From positions 8,116-72,115 of the forward strand of contig SUUX01000006.1 in assembly GCA_015062305.1 (NCBI GenBank): a stretch of 64,000 nt of DNA. Direction: 5' to 3'. The number at the start of each line of letters is the position of its first letter. Positions within the stretch are counted from its first letter, which is position 1. Below are positions 59,553-64,000 of the stretch, one piece after another. Below the pieces are notes generated by a model that saw nothing but the letters and a program-made list of their open reading frames with translations, searched no databases and was not told where the DNA came from. Made by a program: the position numbers and the translations under genes. The stretch comes from Alphaproteobacteria bacterium. GTDB taxonomy: Bacteria; Pseudomonadota; Alphaproteobacteria; RF32; CAG-239.

Positions 59553-59942
59553 TAGTTTACCACGCATTGTAACTTCCCAGCGATTTTCTTTGCTTTTTAG
59601 TAGCTGATGAATATACCCTTCATCCAAGAAATATTCATAAACAAACACCCCGTATAAAGACAAAAACTCTTGACGAGTTCCCATCTCTTTTTCAACCACA
59701 TAGCGCAAAGCAGTCCTCTTCACCACATCATCTACCGGATTTTCTCTTTCCTCAATCCAAGCATTCACCACAACTGCAAGAGCACAAATTACGCACGAAA
59801 CAACTAGCATATTCATAGCTCTATCACCCCTATCCGGATCTGGTCCAGCAAAATGATCCGCTAATAAAAATGCTACTGATAAAAACGCAATCACCGCCGC
59901 TACAACAAAAACCAAACGGCAAACAAATTTTGCTAACTTCAT
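59532..59942 (-). CDS. Hypothetical small membrane protein
   Basis: 2 TM (LVFVVAAVIAFLSVAFLLA; MLVVSCVICALAVVVNAWI). Start assumed at MKLAKF. Confidence 0.4.
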   Translation of the reverse strand: MKLAKFVCRLVFVVAAVIAFLSVAFLLADHFAGPDPDRGDRAMNMLVVSCVICALAVVVNAWIEERENPVDDVVKRTALRYVVEKEMGTRQEFLSLYGVFVYEYFLDEGYIHQLLKSKENRWEVTMRGKLEKQSFD

Positions 59943-60016
59943 AATTCTATAAAAATTTAGTGACACACAAATTATTTTACAAAACACACTATAACTTGCA
60001 AAGAGATATAAAGCAA

Positions 60017-60631
60017 CTACAAATACTTAATCGCTAAAAAACCACCTATTAACAACAATAAAAACAAAACAGACAATATTCCTAGGTGCTTTTCAATAAA
60101 CTCTTTCATGGGAGCTCCATATTTTTTTAACAACCACGCTACCAAATAAAAACGCATTCCTCTTGCAACAACAGAAGCAACCGTAAAGGTAATCAAATCT
60201 AAATGCACCACACCACTTGCAATTGTAATCACTTTATATGGAAAAGGAGTTATACCTGCTCCAAAAACAATCCAAGCACCCCATTGATGATAATATTCTT
60301 TAAACACATCAAATTGTTGCATATACCCATAAAAACTCAAAATCGGCTTAGCAATCAAATCAAAGAAAAACACACCTATGCTATAACCAAAATAACCTCC
60401 AACCACACTAGAAATTGTGGCTATTGCCGCTATTCTCCATGCTTTTGCCGGCATCGCCAACACCATAGGTATCAACATAATATCTGGAGGAATAGGAAAA
60501 AAAGAACTCTCCGCAAACGCCACCAACGCCAAAAACCACATAGCATAAGGTGACGCAGACATATCTAGCATCCAATCATAAACCAAACGAACAAATCTAT
60601 TAAACCAAGACATCTTTTTACCTATTAACAA
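60017..60631 (-). CDS. DedA/SNARE-associated (YqaA-like) family membrane protein
   Basis: FAESSFFPIPPDIMLIPMVL is the DedA signature. 204 aa. Confidence 0.8.
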   Translation of the reverse strand: MLIGKKMSWFNRFVRLVYDWMLDMSASPYAMWFLALVAFAESSFFPIPPDIMLIPMVLAMPAKAWRIAAIATISSVVGGYFGYSIGVFFFDLIAKPILSFYGYMQQFDVFKEYYHQWGAWIVFGAGITPFPYKVITIASGVVHLDLITFTVASVVARGMRFYLVAWLLKKYGAPMKEFIEKHLGILSVLFLLLLIGGFLAIKYL

Positions 60632-61521
60632 TGACAGTTTTCACAAGAACATCCCGTCTTTGAGTGTTTTGTCTCTGATTGCTGCCTCAAAGCCGCCTCA
60701 TACGTATTCTCCAACAACATAGCAACCGTCATCGGCCCAACCCCTCCTGGCACCGGAGTAATATATGAAGCTTTCTCTACAACCTCTTCAAAATCAACAT
60801 CTCCATACAATTTTCCATCAACCCTGTTAATTCCCACATCAATAACTATAGCCCCATCTTTTATCCAATCCTTTTTTATTAACTTTGGGCAACCACAAGC
60901 CACAACCAAAATATCTGCCTGCAGCACCAATTCTTTTAAATTCTTCGTTTTTGAATGAGCAATACTCACAGTGCAATCATTATTCAGCAACAACATTGCT
61001 GCCGGACGACCTACAATATTAGAACGTCCAACCACCACAGCATGTTTGCCTTGCAAATCAACACCTGTTTTTTGCAATAGTTTCAAAACGCCCTTAGGAG
61101 TAGCAGAAACAATAGCTTTAGGCTCTTTGCAAGCCAACAGCCCTGCATTATAAGGATTAAAACCGTCAACATCTTTTTCTGGACTTATTGCGGATAAAAC
61201 ATTCAATGTATTTATATGTTTGGGCAAAGGCAATTGAACTATTATACCATTAACATGATGATTCATATTCAACTCAGAAATAATTTCCAACAAGGCTTTT
61301 TCACCTATAGTATCAGATAGTTCTACAACCTCACAACCAATTCCAATCTCTGCGGCGGCTTTTTTCTTGTTACGCACATAAATTTTACTAGCCTCATTTT
61401 CTCCAACCAATACCACAGCAAGCACCGGCATATTTTCACCAGGCATCGTTGCTATTTTTTTTGCCAACTCAGCTCTAATATCTGCAGCCAATGTTTTGCC
61501 ATCCAAAATTTCTGCAGTCAT
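60625..61521 (-). CDS. folD: Bifunctional methylenetetrahydrofolate dehydrogenase/cyclohydrolase FolD
   Basis: MTAEILDGKTLAADIR...VGRSNIVGRPAAMLL...PGGVGPMTVAMLL. Unusual C-terminal tail ...TGCSCENCHC. Confidence 0.9.
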   Translation of the reverse strand: MTAEILDGKTLAADIRAELAKKIATMPGENMPVLAVVLVGENEASKIYVRNKKKAAAEIGIGCEVVELSDTIGEKALLEIISELNMNHHVNGIIVQLPLPKHINTLNVLSAISPEKDVDGFNPYNAGLLACKEPKAIVSATPKGVLKLLQKTGVDLQGKHAVVVGRSNIVGRPAAMLLLNNDCTVSIAHSKTKNLKELVLQADILVVACGCPKLIKKDWIKDGAIVIDVGINRVDGKLYGDVDFEEVVEKASYITPVPGGVGPMTVAMLLENTYEAALRQQSETKHSKTGCSCENCHC

Positions 61522-61829
61522 ATTCCTTTCTCCTTCAACCAACGTAACAACTCATCCTTGTTTATTTTTACCAACAATTTCTTGTACCTATCTAGTTCTC
61601 CGGTTACAATTTCAATATCAGATTTTGCAACCTTCAACTCTTTAGATAGAAACTTGCTCAATTCTTGATTCGCCTTTCCTTTCTCAGGCACACTAACTAC
61701 ACACACTTTGAGCCATTTTTCATTATTAGCATCAACAAAGACACCACTTATCCTGCAACAAGAAGAGTTAGGCATTAGCCTAACTCTTATCAAAACACCT
61801 CGTTGATTTTGTTCAAAAACCAATCTCAA
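61518..61829 (-). CDS. DUF167 (YggU) family protein
   Basis: LKVCVVSVPEKGKANQELSKFLSKELKVAKSDIEIVTGELDRYKKLLV. Adjacent to a YggT-like gene. Confidence 0.6.
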   Translation of the reverse strand: MRLVFEQNQRGVLIRVRLMPNSSCCRISGVFVDANNEKWLKVCVVSVPEKGKANQELSKFLSKELKVAKSDIEIVTGELDRYKKLLVKINKDELLRWLKEKGI

Positions 61830-61832
61830 TCC

Positions 61833-62132
61833 TTACAGCATCAAAGCGCTAAGACGCATAATCAAACGACCAACAAAAATTAATGCAAGCATCAAAATAA
61901 ATGGTGAAAAATCAAAACCGGAAATTGGAGGTATTTTTTCTCCAATTTTTTTATAAACTGGCAATGTCAATTTATCTAAAATTTCAACTGTCTTCAGCGC
62001 ATATTTATTAGATGGTTCCAACACCTTAAAATGCATCAACCAATACAAAACAACCTGAACAACAACTATTTTAAAATAAATATCAACTAACAAACCAATT
62101 ACATATAAAAAAGGCTCAAAAATAGCACCCAT
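61833..62132 (-). CDS. YggT family small membrane protein
   Basis: 99 aa, 2-3 TM. Conserved yggT-yggU adjacency. Confidence 0.55.
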   Translation of the reverse strand: MGAIFEPFLYVIGLLVDIYFKIVVVQVVLYWLMHFKVLEPSNKYALKTVEILDKLTLPVYKKIGEKIPPISGFDFSPFILMLALIFVGRLIMRLSALML

Positions 62133-62219
62133 AAAAAATCTCCTTAAAATTATTATCTACTTTTTAGATAATCCAGACAAGCCTGTATGTCAATCATAAA
62201 ACATCTTTTGTAAAACGAG

Positions 62220-63296
62220 TTATGATACTCTAAGCCTTTCAAAAATCCGCCTATCAAAAGATCTGACAGCATAATTTTTATTATTTGTAGTACTCCTATC
62301 GGCGTAAAGATGTTCCTTCTCCTGCTCTTCTTTGCTTTTTCCCTGTCTCAAGCCGTTAATAACTTCTCGCATTGTTAGCAGATTTGTAACTTGTTTTTCT
62401 TTTTTAGCCATAACAGCATGTATGCTTCCTGTAACAGGCCGATAAGTTGCCATAACCCCTTCAACTGCAGCTCCAAACTCTTCTTCGTAATACAAATTCT
62501 GCAAATAATTATTTGTCGTTGGAGATTGTTCTATAGCGGCCATTCTTGCGGCCTCCATAGCGGCCTTTTGAGCAGCTTCTTCCATTGCTTTTTCTCTTCT
62601 TTCCTGCTCATCAGATTTATTTTTTGTTTGTTCTGTTCTATCTCTCAACCTTCTTAGTTCTGACAACTTAAACTGCAAAAAGCTTAACTTATTCTGAGCC
62701 ATTTCTTTATAATATCCGCTACCACCTCTTTCTGCCGCGGCATACAAATCTATCACTAATTTCAATTCTGTTTCTCTATCACCCAAATACCCAATAAACA
62801 AATTTCGAGCAGCAATTTCCCCATCTGTTGTGCCATTTGTATTAATATCTACTTCGATTTTTCTTTGAATTTGAACCCAATCATAATATTCTGCTTTAGG
62901 ATCTTCTCCTGAATACAAATGTTGCAATGTTTCTGCCAAAACATAGCTCAAATCATAAACCGGAACCTCACTATTTCCATAAGTCGGAAGCTTTACAGGC
63001 TCTCCTTTTTTTATTTTTTCAACAAGCGCTTTACTATAGTCCTTAACTTCCTCAGGGTCTTTTCTCCTCATCTTATCTACCATATTTTCCATTCTGGACT
63101 TTTCTTCCAGAGACGCTTTTGCCTGAGGCTCAAAAGATCGATTCCTTTGCTTTTCGTACTCGTTCATCATCAACATCATTTTCTCATAATCACTAATGTC
63201 ATTAGGATTATTAGACATAAAGAATTTATCGTACGTTATATATTGTTCCCTTGTTATCATATCCCGACGTCTCCCGCCAAAATTAAACCTTTTCAA
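62220..63296 (-). CDS. Hypothetical soluble coiled-coil protein (358 aa)
   Basis: Charged, K/E/R-rich. No TM or signal peptide. No motif recognised. Confidence 0.45.
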   Translation of the reverse strand: MKRFNFGGRRRDMITREQYITYDKFFMSNNPNDISDYEKMMLMMNEYEKQRNRSFEPQAKASLEEKSRMENMVDKMRRKDPEEVKDYSKALVEKIKKGEPVKLPTYGNSEVPVYDLSYVLAETLQHLYSGEDPKAEYYDWVQIQRKIEVDINTNGTTDGEIAARNLFIGYLGDRETELKLVIDLYAAAERGGSGYYKEMAQNKLSFLQFKLSELRRLRDRTEQTKNKSDEQERREKAMEEAAQKAAMEAARMAAIEQSPTTNNYLQNLYYEEEFGAAVEGVMATYRPVTGSIHAVMAKKEKQVTNLLTMREVINGLRQGKSKEEQEKEHLYADRSTTNNKNYAVRSFDRRIFERLRVS

Positions 63297-63732
63297 ATAT
63301 AATCTTACCTTCTTCTATCCAAACAATTCTATCAACCACCCAGCGACTAATCTGCTCTATTTTTTCTAATTCCAACCCCATTGCCAAACCAACTCTTCCA
63401 ATTAACAACATCTCTCTATCTGTCAAATCACCATCTGAGTTTGCCAACATACACATTTCTTTCACCAACTCCATTGCCACGTGTCTATCTGTAATCACTT
63501 TGGCCGCTTCAACAACTTCATCATCGTCCCTCTTCCTTTTTATTTCTTCAGCATCTTGAGAAGAAACTCCAAATAACCTTGCCAATTCCACAATAAATTT
63601 CTTCTCTCCTCCATCAACGCTTCCATCTGTTTTGGCCAGTTGCATCAATGTTTGTAAAAAAACTTTCTTGTCCTCAACACTCAAATCTTTAGCGTAATTC
63701 ATATCTCTCTCCATAACAAAATCAGACATGTG
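63283..63732 (-). CDS. TerB-like (tellurite-resistance TerB / DjlA N-domain-like) protein
   Basis: Two TerB-like half-repeats (LAKTDGSVDGGEKKFIVEL; LANSDGDLTDREMLLIGRV). Confidence 0.5.
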   Translation of the reverse strand, partial: HMSDFVMERDMNYAKDLSVEDKKVFLQTLMQLAKTDGSVDGGEKKFIVELARLFGVSSQDAEEIKRKRDDDEVVEAAKVITDRHVAMELVKEMCMLANSDGDLTDREMLLIGRVGLAMGLELEKIEQISRWVVDRIVWIEEGKIIFEKV

Positions 63733-63898
63733 ACATCCTTTCATCACTCATATATCTATCTTAATTCTACCAATTTTTGCAAAAATATCAACCAAAAAGC
63801 AAAAACGAGGTCTTTTTCAAAAAAATGTTTGAAATTATGCGTTCTATAGCGTATGCTAAAAGATAGATGGTATAACAAAAAAAAGAAGAAGAACAAAC

Positions 63899-64000
63899 TT
63901 GAAAAAATATTATATCAAAACATTCGGCTGTCAAATGAACGTCTACGATTCTCATCGCATTGCCGCCATTTTAGAAACCCTTGGATTTAGCGCAGCAACA
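63899..64000 (+). CDS. miaB: tRNA-2-methylthio-N6-dimethylallyladenosine synthase MiaB, N-terminal 34 codons; continues beyond the window end
   Basis: (TTG)KKYYIKTFGCQMNVYDSHRIAAILETLGFSAAT. FGCQMN..DS is the MiaB/MTTase N-terminal signature. A TTG start is assumed. Confidence 0.65.
   Translation, partial: MKKYYIKTFGCQMNVYDSHRIAAILETLGFSAAT

Overview
This is a densely packed, AT-rich chromosomal window that looks alphaproteobacterial. No rRNA, tRNA, CRISPR array or transposase was found. Several syntenies point to Alphaproteobacteria: addB-addA-trxA, rph-rdgB, grpE, lptF/G-lptD-surA-rsmA, xerC/D divergent from aroK, hslVU, gmk-yicC, leuS-lptE-holA, ptsH with an EIIA-Man PTS component, and a CcrM-like methylase. 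Its low GC and compactness resemble Rickettsiales or Holosporales-like intracellular lineages. Most genes are housekeeping.

The features that stand out are:
- **hydC-hydB-hydA (45161..49109, minus strand).** An intact three-gene operon for a trimeric NADH-dependent, bifurcating-type [FeFe]-hydrogenase. HydA carries the canonical H-cluster motifs TSCCPAW, MPCTAKKWE and EVMACRGGCISGGGQP.
- **Flagellin (42951..45020).** It lies immediately downstream of the hyd operon. It is a 689-aa protein with a large beta-helix-like central insert and locally GC-rich coding sequence, with no other flagellar genes in the window.
- **GT5 glycogen-synthase-like glycosyltransferase (40834..42870).** It is 678 aa and lacks glgB, glgC or glgP neighbours.
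- **A minus-strand operon** of a small secreted protein, ComM, and a 711-aa Cys-rich lipoprotein. The lipoprotein's trypsin-like domain has all three catalytic residues substituted, so it is a pseudo-protease.
- **Two unannotated small ORFs with strong Shine-Dalgarno sites.** One is a 49-aa peptide ending in GSGCGCGCSSKY that has its own terminator. The other is a 40-aa single-TM peptide abutting the xerC/D start.
- **A coiled-coil membrane protein divergent from tsaD**, in the position where alpha-Mic60 is found.
- **An ABC exporter translationally coupled to a Q/K-rich low-complexity protein.**

Coordinates of several CDS were adjusted from the ORF track where an internal ATG with an RBS is the more plausible start. 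All functional calls are by eye from motifs and context; no database search was run.
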